From the sequence record SRR20825019_214: a stretch of DNA of 46,159 nucleotides; one strand, 5' to 3'. The stretch's first letter is position 1, and every line of letters begins with the position of its first letter. The translations under genes and the position numbers were made by a program. Below the pieces are notes generated by a model. It ran no database searches. It was not told where the DNA came from and worked only from the letters and a program-made list of their open reading frames with translations. Shown piece after piece: positions 17,402 through 27,237 of the stretch.

Positions 17402-18304
17402 TTAACGATTTTTTATTCTAGCATTAATCTTTCTAAGCCACTTAAACCAAAACGGACTTTTATCGATTTGATAGAAATAATAGAAGGTGTCAATTCCACC
17501 AAGGTTTTTATTAAACGATCGAACTCCTTCGACGCGTGACCCACCGAAATCAAACAGCAATTGATGTTCCTTTGCATATTCTATGGAAGATTGAAGTGCG
17601 AGGTACATACCGCCATTTTTCTTGGCAAATTCACTGCAAACGCCTTTCAAATAAAACAATTGATCGGATTTCATCAGACAAACAATTCCTCCTTCACATT
17701 GATCTTCTCGCCAAACTTCAAAAGCGACCAACTGACCTTGCTTTTTCGCTTGAACAAACAGCTGATTCAACCGTGGCAAAGTCTCTTCTGTCATTCCAGA
17801 AAACTTTCCCTTCAACTCCTTCTCCACCCAACTATAAATATCCTCGTAATTGTGCGAAACTCTAATTTCCAATTCATTAGATCGCGCTTTTTTCAGCATT
17901 CTCTTCGCTTGCGAGTTCAGTTTCTGTTCAGCTTCAACAGGGAGAATCTGAGTCACAAATTGTTCCGTGAATGACTCTAAAACTGCAGATCTTAGCGAAA
18001 TTTCTACGATTGAAAAATGCGACAACAACTGTTTCTCGAATTCACTGGAAGTAACGAATTCTTCTCCGAGAGGTTCTAAATAACTGACAAAAATGGGCGT
18101 GTAAGCAATTCTTTTACCAAAACGAACCGTGTAAGGAATCGCGATTCCTTTTGAGTAGTCGTCATCAACTAAAACGCACCAATTCTCAGCAACCTCATCT
18201 AGGTACCATGCATAGGAAAAGAAAGAAACATTAGGCGTAGAATTCACCAGTGTGTTCCATCTCTCCACGTTTAGTTCATTTCTTTCGAGTAGATTCAACT
18301 TCAT
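17402..18304 (-). CDS. GNAT/FemAB-like acetyltransferase-domain protein
   Basis: FSYAWYLDEVA..W and FDFGGSRVEGVRSFNKNLGG. The ORF extension to 18481 overlaps the opposite gene, so the start is set at ATG 18304. Confidence 0.75.
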   Translation of the reverse strand: MKLNLLERNELNVERWNTLVNSTPNVSFFSYAWYLDEVAENWCVLVDDDYSKGIAIPYTVRFGKRIAYTPIFVSYLEPLGEEFVTSSEFEKQLLSHFSIVEISLRSAVLESFTEQFVTQILPVEAEQKLNSQAKRMLKKARSNELEIRVSHNYEDIYSWVEKELKGKFSGMTEETLPRLNQLFVQAKKQGQLVAFEVWREDQCEGGIVCLMKSDQLFYLKGVCSEFAKKNGGMYLALQSSIEYAKEHQLLFDFGGSRVEGVRSFNKNLGGIDTFYYFYQIDKSPFWFKWLRKINARIKNR

Positions 18305-18312
18305 CTTAACGG

Positions 18313-18352
18313 CGAAGATACGGATTGCAAATGTTTTGAATTTGTATCTTCG
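18313..18352. promoter_or_regulatory. Back-to-back divergent -7 boxes (TATCTTCG on each strand)
   Basis: CGAAGATA at 18313-18320 and TATCTTCG at 18345-18352 within a 52-bp divergent gap. Confidence 0.55.
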
Positions 18353-18356
18353 AGAA

Positions 18357-18791
18357 ATGAAACGAGTTCTGATGTTATTTATTTGTCTTTTTGTTGTGAT
18401 TGCAGCAAGTGCACAAGATAAACCTTCAATGCAACGGAAGGCATTTGCGAAACAATTTCTGAAAAACGTATGTGAAAACAACTCGCGAAAAGTTCAAAAA
18501 TCTCTGAATAAAAACTATCGCAAAGAGCAAATAAAATTTCTAGGTGGAAACAAAACTCAGTTTTTAGACGAGCTTTTTTCTGGACTCGATCAAGATTCAC
18601 AGGAATATTTCTCAATTCGGTTTGATGACATTGAATCTATTGTGATTTATGAAGTAGCTGAAATCACAGCCAATGATAAAATTGCGTGGGTGTATGTTTT
18701 CGAGGTGTCTGATGGTGTACATAAGATTCTCGCACCTCTTCTTTTGGAGAAGCATTTTGGGAGTTTCGGTTTTATTGGAGCAAGAGGATGA
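18357..18791 (+). CDS. Hypothetical secreted protein
   Basis: Signal peptide MKRVLMLFICLFVVIAASAQ from ATG 18357. ATGA overlap with the CYTH gene. Confidence 0.7.
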   Translation: MKRVLMLFICLFVVIAASAQDKPSMQRKAFAKQFLKNVCENNSRKVQKSLNKNYRKEQIKFLGGNKTQFLDELFSGLDQDSQEYFSIRFDDIESIVIYEVAEITANDKIAWVYVFEVSDGVHKILAPLLLEKHFGSFGFIGARG

Positions 18792-19240
18792 AAGAAATAG
18801 AATATAAGTATTTGGTAGACATTGAGAAATGGGAAGCTATCGAAAAACCTGAACCAACGTTGATTGTCCAAGGTTTCTTAGCCAAATCGAGTGAACTCGT
18901 GGTTCGGGTGAGAATTAAAGGAGAGAAAGGCTTTTTAACGATCAAAGGTCGAACTACAGGTATTTCCCGCACTGAATTTGAATATGAGATTCCTGTCGAT
19001 GACGCAGAAGCGATGTTGAACGAATTCACAACTAAATCCATCCGAAAATGGCGTTATGAAATCGAATTCCATGGTAAACTTTGGGAGATTGATGTCTTCG
19101 AAGGTAAACTTTCGGGACTAGTACTAGCGGAACTTGAAGTTGAATCTGAAAATGAGCAATTTGAACTTCCGAGTTGGGTAACAAAAAACGTTTCTACGGA
19201 TCCAAATTATTACAATACGGTGTTGATTGAGAGCTGTTGA
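18788..19240 (+). CDS. CYTH-domain (triphosphate tunnel) protein
   Basis: EIEYKYLV, VRVRI, LTIKG, EFEYEIP, WEIDVF, LAELE. Confidence 0.93.
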   Translation: MKEIEYKYLVDIEKWEAIEKPEPTLIVQGFLAKSSELVVRVRIKGEKGFLTIKGRTTGISRTEFEYEIPVDDAEAMLNEFTTKSIRKWRYEIEFHGKLWEIDVFEGKLSGLVLAELEVESENEQFELPSWVTKNVSTDPNYYNTVLIESC

Positions 19241-19424
19241 TGCGAGCTGTTGATGCGAGCTGTTGCGCTATCACGGATTGAAAATCCGCGATAGCAAAAG
19301 TACTGCACGGTTCGGCTCCGCTCACCGTGCGTAGTTGTTCATCGTGCGGACGAACTGTCGCGGGTTTTCAAACAAGCTGTCGCGGATTTCACGAGCTGTC
19401 GCGGATTTTCAATCCGTGACAGCG
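19231..19424. repeat. BIME-like mosaic of two REP-like families plus a 13-bp tandem repeat, between convergent genes
   Basis: GAGCTGTTGATGC x2.7 (19231-19265). Hairpin 19267-19295 and inverted copy 19395-19423. GCACGG-TTCGGCTCCGCTCA-CCGTGC at 19305-19330. Half copies at 19355 and 19376. Confidence 0.88.
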
Positions 19425-19443
19425 AAGAAAAACAATGAAAAAA

Positions 19444-19761
19444 TCACTCAGCGTGCAATCCTTCTTTTTGAGCATCGTACACCGATGATCCCGCAAGAAT
19501 AGAAAACCAATCACCAAAAATTGACCTATTCACCTCAGGGTAAGTCGCTTCATCTTCAGAAACAGCTTCCAATTCATTAAAGAAAATCTTCTTGAAATTC
19601 TGTTCAATAATAAGTTCATCCTCAAAGAAATCTTCTTCGATCAAATAAATTGACGGTTCCAATTCTCCGAATAAATCCATTTCCGGATCTTGTTTTTCCG
19701 CCCAATCAATAAAAGGTTGTTTTGCTTGAACGATTAAATATCCTCTGTTTACTATTTTCAT
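19444..19761 (-). CDS. Conserved acidic hypothetical protein
   Basis: VNRGYLIVQAKQPFIDW...IFFNELE..FGDWF. Last gene of the ltaE operon. Confidence 0.75.
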   Translation of the reverse strand: MKIVNRGYLIVQAKQPFIDWAEKQDPEMDLFGELEPSIYLIEEDFFEDELIIEQNFKKIFFNELEAVSEDEATYPEVNRSIFGDWFSILAGSSVYDAQKEGLHAE

Positions 19762-19762
19762 A

Positions 19763-20398
19763 CTAGTTTCGTGTTGACTCTATTTTTACTTTCTTCTCTT
19801 CTTCAAATCGGTACCACTTGGCTTTTCCACGTGATCCTTGCTCAATAACATATTCCCAATTTGGCTCAAACTCTAACTTTTCGAAAAAATCGAACCATTT
19901 TTTTGAATCCACTTTAACTGTCGATTCAATGAAGAATAAACTCGTATCATTCATTGAAATCATGAATGCGTTTTTCTGAAAATTCTTCTCTTCCCCAACA
20001 AAGTGTGGTGTGCAAGACTCGCCGAAGCAATCAATCCAATTAAAAAAGGCATTTTTTGTTTTCACCGTATCACTAAATGTAAGACGATAGAAATTGGTGG
20101 TTTCATCCGCCTGAGTTAGCGCATATTTCTCCACTTTTTTTGGTCCAAATCGCTCTGGAAAAATTCGTTCAGAAATGTATGTTAGTCCATCGAAATCCAT
20201 TCCATTTGACTTAAATCCGTTCAACGCCTTTTGAATAGAATCAAACTCTTTTCCATCATTTTCAGTTGAATTTGAGCCATCGTAACGCTCAGATTTAGGC
20301 ATAATCTCATCAAGCGAAATCACTTCTTCCTTCGGGTCTTGACATGACGTGATCGTCAACACCAACAAGCACGCTGCTATGAATGGCGTTCTTCTCAC
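19763..20398 (-). CDS. Hypothetical lipoprotein
   Basis: Lipobox ITSC after a hydrophobic stretch. GTG start overlaps the ltaE stop. Confidence 0.75.
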   Translation of the reverse strand: MRRTPFIAACLLVLTITSCQDPKEEVISLDEIMPKSERYDGSNSTENDGKEFDSIQKALNGFKSNGMDFDGLTYISERIFPERFGPKKVEKYALTQADETTNFYRLTFSDTVKTKNAFFNWIDCFGESCTPHFVGEEKNFQKNAFMISMNDTSLFFIESTVKVDSKKWFDFFEKLEFEPNWEYVIEQGSRGKAKWYRFEEEKKVKIESTRN

Positions 20399-21414
20399 AA
20401 TACGATTTTTTTAAGTACTGAAATGGTCTGATCCATGTCGTTCTCGGAAACATCCAAGTGCGTTACAAATCGAAGCATTCCAGGTCCAAAAGCCATTATT
20501 TTGATTTCTTTGTCGGCCAACAATCCAATAACCTCATCTCTTTTCGAAGGATCATTAAGAATCGCCACTACAATATTTGTCTCCACTGGAACGACTTCCT
20601 TCACCCATGATAAATCGGTTAAGCACGCTTCCAATTGCTTCGCATGTCGGTGATCGTCTTTTAATCGCTCGACGTTATTTTTTAATGCATAAAGTCCGCC
20701 CGCTGCGATAATTCCTGCTTGGCGCATTCCCCCGCCAAATACTTTTCTAACGCGTCGCGCCTTCTTTATAAAATCTTTTCTTCCTATTAGAACAGAGCCC
20801 ACTGGTGCTCCCAATCCTTTCGAAAGGCAAATTGAAATTGAATCAAATTGCGAACCGTATTCCTTAAAATCGATTCCGTTTTCCACCATCGCGTTTAACA
20901 ATCTTGCTCCATCCAAGTGAAGTGGTAAGTTCTGTGCTCGACAAAAAGCACTGATTCGTTGAATTTCAGAAAAATCATAAATCGCACCTCCTCCTCTATT
21001 CGAAGTATCTTCCAGAGAAACCAATTGTGTAATTGGAAAATGAACATCATCTGGATTAATCCATTCTTGCACATCATCCAAAACGAGTCTACCTCTATTA
21101 CCTCGAATCAAACGCACAGATGCTCCCGAATTACGTGCAATTCCACCACCTTCGTACTTGTAAATATGACTCTCCTCGTTCGTGATCACCTCACCACCTG
21201 GAGTTACATGTACATTTATCGCGATCTGATTCGTTTGAGTGCCCGATGAACAAAACAATCCCGCCTCCATTCCAAAGAGTTCGGCGGCATAACTTTCTAA
21301 TTCATTTACGGTTGGATCTTCTTGAAAAACATCATCACCAACTAGAGCATTCATCATCGCTTCCATCATTTCTTTCGACGGTCGAGTAACCGTATCGCTC
21401 CGAAAATCAATCAT
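20395..21414 (-). CDS. ltaE: Low-specificity L-threonine aldolase
   Basis: DFRSDTVT, VGDDV, HLDGARL, CLSKGLGAPVGS (PLP lysine), GGGMRQAG. Confidence 0.95.
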   Translation of the reverse strand: MIDFRSDTVTRPSKEMMEAMMNALVGDDVFQEDPTVNELESYAAELFGMEAGLFCSSGTQTNQIAINVHVTPGGEVITNEESHIYKYEGGGIARNSGASVRLIRGNRGRLVLDDVQEWINPDDVHFPITQLVSLEDTSNRGGGAIYDFSEIQRISAFCRAQNLPLHLDGARLLNAMVENGIDFKEYGSQFDSISICLSKGLGAPVGSVLIGRKDFIKKARRVRKVFGGGMRQAGIIAAGGLYALKNNVERLKDDHRHAKQLEACLTDLSWVKEVVPVETNIVVAILNDPSKRDEVIGLLADKEIKIMAFGPGMLRFVTHLDVSENDMDQTISVLKKIVL

Positions 21415-21485
21415 TCTACTATAATTTTATCGTGAAGATACATCAAGCAGTAGAAAAGATCACATGATTTTACTTTTTTTGTAAT

Positions 21486-22286
21486 ATGGAATATATACTC
21501 ATCGCTGTAACGGTGCTCTTTGGTGCAGGAATGACTTTCTTTTCGGGCTTTGGACTCGGAACTCTTATGCTTCCAGTATTCAGCCTGTTTTTTGATGTTC
21601 CCGTCGCTATTGGTGCGACTGCCATTGTTCACCTTTCTAACAACCTGTTTAAGTTTTTATTGGTGCGAAAAGACATTGTTTTCTCAGTCTATTTTCGATT
21701 TGGAGTTCCAGCCATGCTTTTTGCCGTGATTGGAGGATATATTCTCAGTAGTTTTTCTTCCGTTGAGTCATTTCACACCTACAGCATTGGCGATCATGCT
21801 TTTCAAATGACGTACATGAACGTGATCATCGGAGTACTCATGATTTTCTTTGCTTGGTTCGATTTAAATCCGAAATACAGCGAATTGAAGGTAAACGAAA
21901 AGCACCTGCCGTTTGGTGGTGCTCTCAGTGGATTCTTCGGTGGTATTTCAGGTCACCAAGGAGCATTTCGGTCCGTGTTTTTATCAAAATCTGGTTTAAC
22001 GAAAGAGCAATTTGTGGGAACTTCCAATGCGGTTTCGTTGACAGTGGACATTGCGCGAATCCCTGTTTATCTAGGATTAATTTCCGTAGGAACAAGTAAA
22101 AAAGCAGATTTAGCTCAGGCACTTTCTGACGGAAGTATGTTACTCGTTGTAGGTATCGTATTCGCCTTCATTGGGACATTTTTCGGAAAAAAATTGATTC
22201 ACAAAACAACCATCAAAGGAGTTCAACAAATAATCGGTGTTTTACTCTTCGTTATGGGTGGATTAATGATTGCTGGGGTGATTTAA
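21486..22286 (+). CDS. TSUP (TauE/SafE) family transporter
   Basis: FFSGFGLGT and GGALSGFFGGISGHQGA, about 8 TM segments. Confidence 0.88.
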   Translation: MEYILIAVTVLFGAGMTFFSGFGLGTLMLPVFSLFFDVPVAIGATAIVHLSNNLFKFLLVRKDIVFSVYFRFGVPAMLFAVIGGYILSSFSSVESFHTYSIGDHAFQMTYMNVIIGVLMIFFAWFDLNPKYSELKVNEKHLPFGGALSGFFGGISGHQGAFRSVFLSKSGLTKEQFVGTSNAVSLTVDIARIPVYLGLISVGTSKKADLAQALSDGSMLLVVGIVFAFIGTFFGKKLIHKTTIKGVQQIIGVLLFVMGGLMIAGVI

Positions 22287-22449
22287 AATGCACTATCTCC
22301 TCTTTTTTGTTCAAAAATTCACAACTATTCCAATTATTATCCCTATTTTAAGTGGACATGAACAGTGAACAACATTTTGGTTAAAGTACTTGACCAAATT
22401 TCTATTTTGTTTCTGTTATTTCAATACATTCACACTCTAAATTAATTAC

Positions 22450-23322
22450 ATGAAAATCGCGATTTTATCTAGAAATCCAAAGCTTTACTCTACACGACGT
22501 TTGGTGGAAGCCGGGGAACAAATGGGACACGAAATGCACGTTATCGATCACCTTCAATGTGATTTGGTAATTGAAAAAAAGCGTCCTGCTATCGTATATA
22601 AGAAGACCCGTCTAGAAAATTTCGATGCGGTAATTCCAAGAATTGGAGCTTCGGTTACCTTCTATGGAACGGCCGTTGTTCGCCAGTTTGAAATGATGAA
22701 AGTCTTCACAGCGGTAGAGTCGCAGGCATTGGTGAGATCTAGAGACAAATTGCGTAGCTTACAAATCCTTTCGCGCGCTGGACTTGGACTTCCAAAAACG
22801 GTATTTACCAATGATACTCGAAACGTGGAGGAAGTTGTAAATGAAGTTGGAGGTGCGCCACTCATCATTAAATTACTCGAAGGAACGCAAGGACTAGGTG
22901 TTGTTTTGGCAGAAAATAGAAAAGCGGCAGAATCGGTTTTGGAAGCATTTCATGGTTTAAAGGCGCGTGTGATTGTTCAAGAATTTATCAAGGAAGCGAA
23001 GGGCGCAGATATTCGTGCATTTGTTGTAGACGGAGTTGTTGTTGGAGCTATGAAACGCCAAGGGAAAGAAGGAGAATTCAGATCTAACCTACACCGCGGA
23101 GGAACGGCAAGTATCATTGAACTCACGGATGAAGAAGAAACGGTTGCGATTAAAGCAGCAAAGTCAATGGGATTAGGCGTTGCAGGGGTTGACATGCTTC
23201 AATCTGCTCGTGGACCGCTAATTTTGGAAGTAAACTCTTCTCCAGGACTAGAAGGTATCGAAGGCGCAACAGGTCAAAATATCGCTGGTAAAATCATAAA
23301 ATATTTAGCTCAGAATGTCTAA
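22450..23322 (+). CDS. rimK: Ribosomal protein S6-L-glutamate ligase (ATP-grasp)
   Basis: [53 protein letters not shown]. Confidence 0.95.
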   Translation: MKIAILSRNPKLYSTRRLVEAGEQMGHEMHVIDHLQCDLVIEKKRPAIVYKKTRLENFDAVIPRIGASVTFYGTAVVRQFEMMKVFTAVESQALVRSRDKLRSLQILSRAGLGLPKTVFTNDTRNVEEVVNEVGGAPLIIKLLEGTQGLGVVLAENRKAAESVLEAFHGLKARVIVQEFIKEAKGADIRAFVVDGVVVGAMKRQGKEGEFRSNLHRGGTASIIELTDEEETVAIKAAKSMGLGVAGVDMLQSARGPLILEVNSSPGLEGIEGATGQNIAGKIIKYLAQNV

Positions 23323-24271
23323 ACCAATGAAAATTCTGGGACAAGAGATCCTCCCAGGCTCTTCTCACGTGCTAAAAATGGACTTAGCGAAGCTTTACAC
23401 GCGCACGGATCTCGAAATTCCAATTATTGTAAAACGCGCGAAAAAAGACGGTCCATGTATTTTGCTCACGGCAGGAATTCATGGTGATGAAACGAATGGT
23501 GTGGAAATCGTTCGACAAATCATTGCGAATAAATACAATGTCCCAAAAGCGGGAACTATCATCTGCGTTCCATTATTGAACGTTTTTGGTTTTATCAATC
23601 ACTCTCGGGAATTCCCAGACGGTCGTGACCTAAACAGAATGTTTCCAGGTTCAAAAACGGGTTCTCTTGCCAGTAGATTTGCTCACAAATTTATCTCGCA
23701 AGTGGCTTCACAGGCAGACGTTTGCATTGATTTTCATACGGGTGGAAAAATGCGCTTTAATTATTCGCATTTACGCATTGGCAAGGGAGATGACGATTTA
23801 CTAGAACTTGCAAAAGTTTTTGAATCGAAGTTTATCATGTTTGCCAAACAACGAGAGAGTTCTTTTCGTCATGAAATGTCTAAAATGGGAAAGAAAATCC
23901 TATTGTTTGAAGGAGGGAAATCACTCTCTCTCGACCGTGCTGTGACAAAACAAGGTGTGCATGGTGCTCTCCGAATTATGAAACATTTAGGCATCAATGA
24001 TCACACACATATCATTAATCCGGATAAAGCGCGCGAACCAATTCTCCTAGAAAACTCGAGTTGGGTCCGAGCAGATCATTCTGGAATTTATAGATCATTT
24101 ATCAAAGTGGGCGACGTTGTACATAAAGGTGATGAACTAGGAAGTGTCACAGATCCATTTGGATTGTTTACCAAAACGATTAAAAGTAAGCTAGATGGTT
24201 ACGTACTGAATAACAACCACATGCCACTTGTCAACCAAGGAGATGCGTTGATTAATATTGGTTTGTTGTAA
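23315..24271 (+). CDS. Succinylglutamate desuccinylase/aspartoacylase (M14-like) family protein
   Basis: [29 protein letters not shown]-terminal lipoyl-like domain. Overlaps rimK by 8 bp. Confidence 0.92.
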   Translation: MSKPMKILGQEILPGSSHVLKMDLAKLYTRTDLEIPIIVKRAKKDGPCILLTAGIHGDETNGVEIVRQIIANKYNVPKAGTIICVPLLNVFGFINHSREFPDGRDLNRMFPGSKTGSLASRFAHKFISQVASQADVCIDFHTGGKMRFNYSHLRIGKGDDDLLELAKVFESKFIMFAKQRESSFRHEMSKMGKKILLFEGGKSLSLDRAVTKQGVHGALRIMKHLGINDHTHIINPDKAREPILLENSSWVRADHSGIYRSFIKVGDVVHKGDELGSVTDPFGLFTKTIKSKLDGYVLNNNHMPLVNQGDALINIGLL

Positions 24272-24340
24272 GAGAAATTTTCGGATCAACTATACGATCT
24301 TGACTTCCTTTCCGTTAAAAGTAAACACTAACTATTTTCT

Positions 24341-25912
24341 ATGAGACTACTTCTGGTTCTGATTGCCTGCGCTTTTCAATCTGTATTTTTCGCACAAGAA
24401 AACTACGATGTTTTGTTTGACACTGATGATTTTTCCCTAACAAAAAACGAATCTGAGAAACTAGCGAAGTTCACTTCTGATCAACTCAAAAACTGTAAGG
24501 TCGTTTATCTTACTGGACATACGGACAATCGCGGATCTGACGAATACAATCAGGCTTTGTCGGAGCGAAGAACGCTAGCAGTAAAATCGGCTTTGATCAA
24601 ATTGGGAATTCCTGAAGAAAAAATCACCATTGATTTTAAAGGAGAATCCGCTCCATTGAATAAAAACAATTCTCCTTCTGAGATGACTGTTAATCGTCGT
24701 GTAAGCATCGGTTGGGAAACAGCAGAGCCTCCTTTGGATAATTATATTGAACCACTCGGGGACATCAGAGAATTATACAAACTCCTAGAACAAGAAAAGC
24801 AGGAGTTCTGTATTCAACCCGATCGAGATACCATCCTTTATCTTGAGCAAGGAACGATTATTAAAATTCCGGCAAATGCGTTCCAAACGAGCTCTACAAA
24901 TTGTGTGACATTTCGCGCAAAGGAAGCCTACAAATACTCCGATATGATTATGGAGAATCTCTCGACAATGTCTGATGGGAAATTGTTGGAAACTGGCGGC
25001 ATGGTGTACACGGAAGCCGAAGATAAGAATGGAAATGAATTGAACTTAAATAGTGGGAAAGAACTAACAATTTACTTGCCCACCACTAATCCGCGGGATG
25101 ATATGAGTCTATTTTACGGACAACGCGATCCGCACAGTGACGATATGAATTGGGCGCTTGGTCCACGAGGTCCGCAGCCGCTTCCTTGGGTTAATTTTGC
25201 TCCATGCAGAGATTTTAATCCATCCCCCATTAATTGCGAACGATGTGGCATTTTGTTTTGTCGACTCTTCGGCCGTTTTGATGAAACCATGAAAGGCGCG
25301 GTGAATCAAGTGCAGCGAGATGAGAACAAATCATTCAGAGAGTGTCAACGAAGTCTGAGAAAAGGGCGGTTCACAGGGTTGTCTTCACCTGTTTGGTATT
25401 ATTGCGATAGTTTGTACAACTCGCTCAATATTCAAGACATTGAAGCATTCAGAGATAGTTTAGTGAAAAGACAAGAAAGACAGCGAGAACAATACTTAAA
25501 ATCAGTGGAAGGCGCAGTTGAAGAAGGAAAATCAAGCGCGAATGATTTGACTTACTATGTTGCCAATGTTGCTCAATTAGGTTGGATGAACTGCGATGCA
25601 TTTTCGAATATTCCAGTGGCTAACAGGATTAGCATGGTTATTCCATTGAGTCAAAACAAAGAGACAGACTGCAAACTTATTTTTCGGGACCGTCGTTCTT
25701 TAATGACCTCGGAGCCTAATACTAGCAGGTACACTTTCAAAAACATTTCTTCAGAAATAGCCGTCTGGGTACTTGCATTAAAATACCGCGACAATAAAAT
25801 TTTCTTGAGTTTGAAACCACAAAAAACAGCTAAGACAGGAGAATCTGTGGATTTCAAAGAAGTGAGTTTGAAAAAATTAAAAGAGGAACTACGCAGTTTA
25901 GACGGTAACTAG
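24341..25912 (+). CDS. OmpA-family protein (N-terminal peptidoglycan-binding domain plus large C-terminal region)
   Basis: GHTDNRGSDEYNQALSERR...NRRV, then GTIIKIPANAF, LLETGGMVY, LGWMNCD. Confidence 0.85.
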   Translation: MRLLLVLIACAFQSVFFAQENYDVLFDTDDFSLTKNESEKLAKFTSDQLKNCKVVYLTGHTDNRGSDEYNQALSERRTLAVKSALIKLGIPEEKITIDFKGESAPLNKNNSPSEMTVNRRVSIGWETAEPPLDNYIEPLGDIRELYKLLEQEKQEFCIQPDRDTILYLEQGTIIKIPANAFQTSSTNCVTFRAKEAYKYSDMIMENLSTMSDGKLLETGGMVYTEAEDKNGNELNLNSGKELTIYLPTTNPRDDMSLFYGQRDPHSDDMNWALGPRGPQPLPWVNFAPCRDFNPSPINCERCGILFCRLFGRFDETMKGAVNQVQRDENKSFRECQRSLRKGRFTGLSSPVWYYCDSLYNSLNIQDIEAFRDSLVKRQERQREQYLKSVEGAVEEGKSSANDLTYYVANVAQLGWMNCDAFSNIPVANRISMVIPLSQNKETDCKLIFRDRRSLMTSEPNTSRYTFKNISSEIAVWVLALKYRDNKIFLSLKPQKTAKTGESVDFKEVSLKKLKEELRSLDGN

Positions 25913-25913
25913 T

Positions 25914-26594
25914 TTATTTCAAGTAAAGTTGCCCGAGCATTCTAAGAAATTCACCTTGAACTGAACTCTCAATTGTAACTTGTTGGTTCGTTTGCGGATG
26001 ATTAAACATGAGCTGTTCTGCGTGTAGCATCATTTCTTTCATTACAAATTTCTCTAGAAAGAGTTTGTTCTGTTTATTACATCCATGCGGTCGATCGCCA
26101 ATTATCGGATGAAAAATATGGGCAAAATGCTTTCGAATTTGGTGCATTCTTCCTGTTTCGGGTGTTACTTCCACCAAAGAATAGCGCGAAGTACTAAATT
26201 TTCCAAACGGGATTTCTAATTCGGAGCGAGAAATCGTTCGATAATGGGTAATCGCATCTTGCACTTTTCCGTCGTCGCGGGTCAACGCATAATCGATTGT
26301 TCCCAAATCATCTGTGTAACCGCGCACAATTGCTTTGTACACTTTCTTCACCTCTTGATTCATAAATTGCTCCTGAAGCGTTTTATTCATTTCTGAATTC
26401 TTCGCAAAAAGCAAAACGCCTGAAGTTTTTCTATCCAAGCGGTGAGCGGGATATACGTGCATTCCAATCTGATCTCGGAGCATTTGAACAGCAAACTCAT
26501 CAGCGTCATCCGCAATTTTAGAGCGATGTACTAACAATCCATTTGGTTTATGAATCGCAACGATTTGCTCGTCTTCGTAGAGAATTTCTAGCAC
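25914..26594 (-). CDS. truC: tRNA pseudouridine synthase C-like (RluA family)
   Basis: KPNGLLVHRS, HRLDRKTSG, SRYSLVE.PETGRMHQIRKHFAHI.HPIIGD. Confidence 0.85.
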   Translation of the reverse strand: MLEILYEDEQIVAIHKPNGLLVHRSKIADDADEFAVQMLRDQIGMHVYPAHRLDRKTSGVLLFAKNSEMNKTLQEQFMNQEVKKVYKAIVRGYTDDLGTIDYALTRDDGKVQDAITHYRTISRSELEIPFGKFSTSRYSLVEVTPETGRMHQIRKHFAHIFHPIIGDRPHGCNKQNKLFLEKFVMKEMMLHAEQLMFNHPQTNQQVTIESSVQGEFLRMLGQLYLK

Positions 26595-27235
26595 TATTTT
26601 TTTCGAATGATCGTTAAACCATCACGAATTGGGAGCATGACTTCCTGCACTCTATCATCTTCGTGGATAAACGTATTGGTTTCAATCAAAATTCGCGTGT
26701 CCAAATCTCCTTCCTCAACTTCACTCATCACCTTCCCTGACCAAAGCACATTGTCGAGCAAAATATATCCGCCAGAAGGTACACGATCGATGATCATCTT
26801 GTAATAATTCAGGTAATTTCCTTTGTCCGCGTCTATGAACACTAAATCAAATTCGCCTTCCAATTGAGGAATAATGTCCAATGCAATTCCAATTTTGCAT
26901 TCAATTCGTCCTTTGTAGTCAGACTTCTCCACGTACTCTTTTACCAAATCTTCCAGTTCCTCATTCTTGTCGATAGTGATGAGTTGACCATCTTCCGTCA
27001 TTCCTTCAGCTAAACAAAGGGCAGAATATCCAGTGTACGTTCCAATCTCTAAAATTCGTTTCGGGCGAACCATGTGCGAAATCATGCTTAATACACGTCC
27101 TTGGAAATGTCCACTCAACATTCGTGGGATGAGCACATTCAAATGCGTTTCGCGGTTTAACTGATATAATAAATCAGGCTCATTTTCAGTGTGAGCGGAT
27201 ACGTAATTGTCTAGTTCTTCTGAGATAAATTCCAT
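26594..27235 (-). CDS. Class I SAM-dependent O-methyltransferase (caffeoyl-CoA OMT-like)
   Basis: LEIGTYTGYS, FDLVFIDADK, DNVLWSG, PIRDG. Confidence 0.92.
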   Translation of the reverse strand: MEFISEELDNYVSAHTENEPDLLYQLNRETHLNVLIPRMLSGHFQGRVLSMISHMVRPKRILEIGTYTGYSALCLAEGMTEDGQLITIDKNEELEDLVKEYVEKSDYKGRIECKIGIALDIIPQLEGEFDLVFIDADKGNYLNYYKMIIDRVPSGGYILLDNVLWSGKVMSEVEEGDLDTRILIETNTFIHEDDRVQEVMLPIRDGLTIIRKK

Positions 27236-27237
27236 AG

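Noticed and set aside
18305-18481. N-terminal extensions of ORFs 17402..18481 and 18252..18791
   Set aside because: They overlap each other, and better ATGs with -7 boxes exist at 18304 and 18357.
19305-19330. tRNA-like GGTTCG T-loop (also at 1886)
   Set aside because: No cloverleaf, D-arm or CCA end; it is the repeat core.
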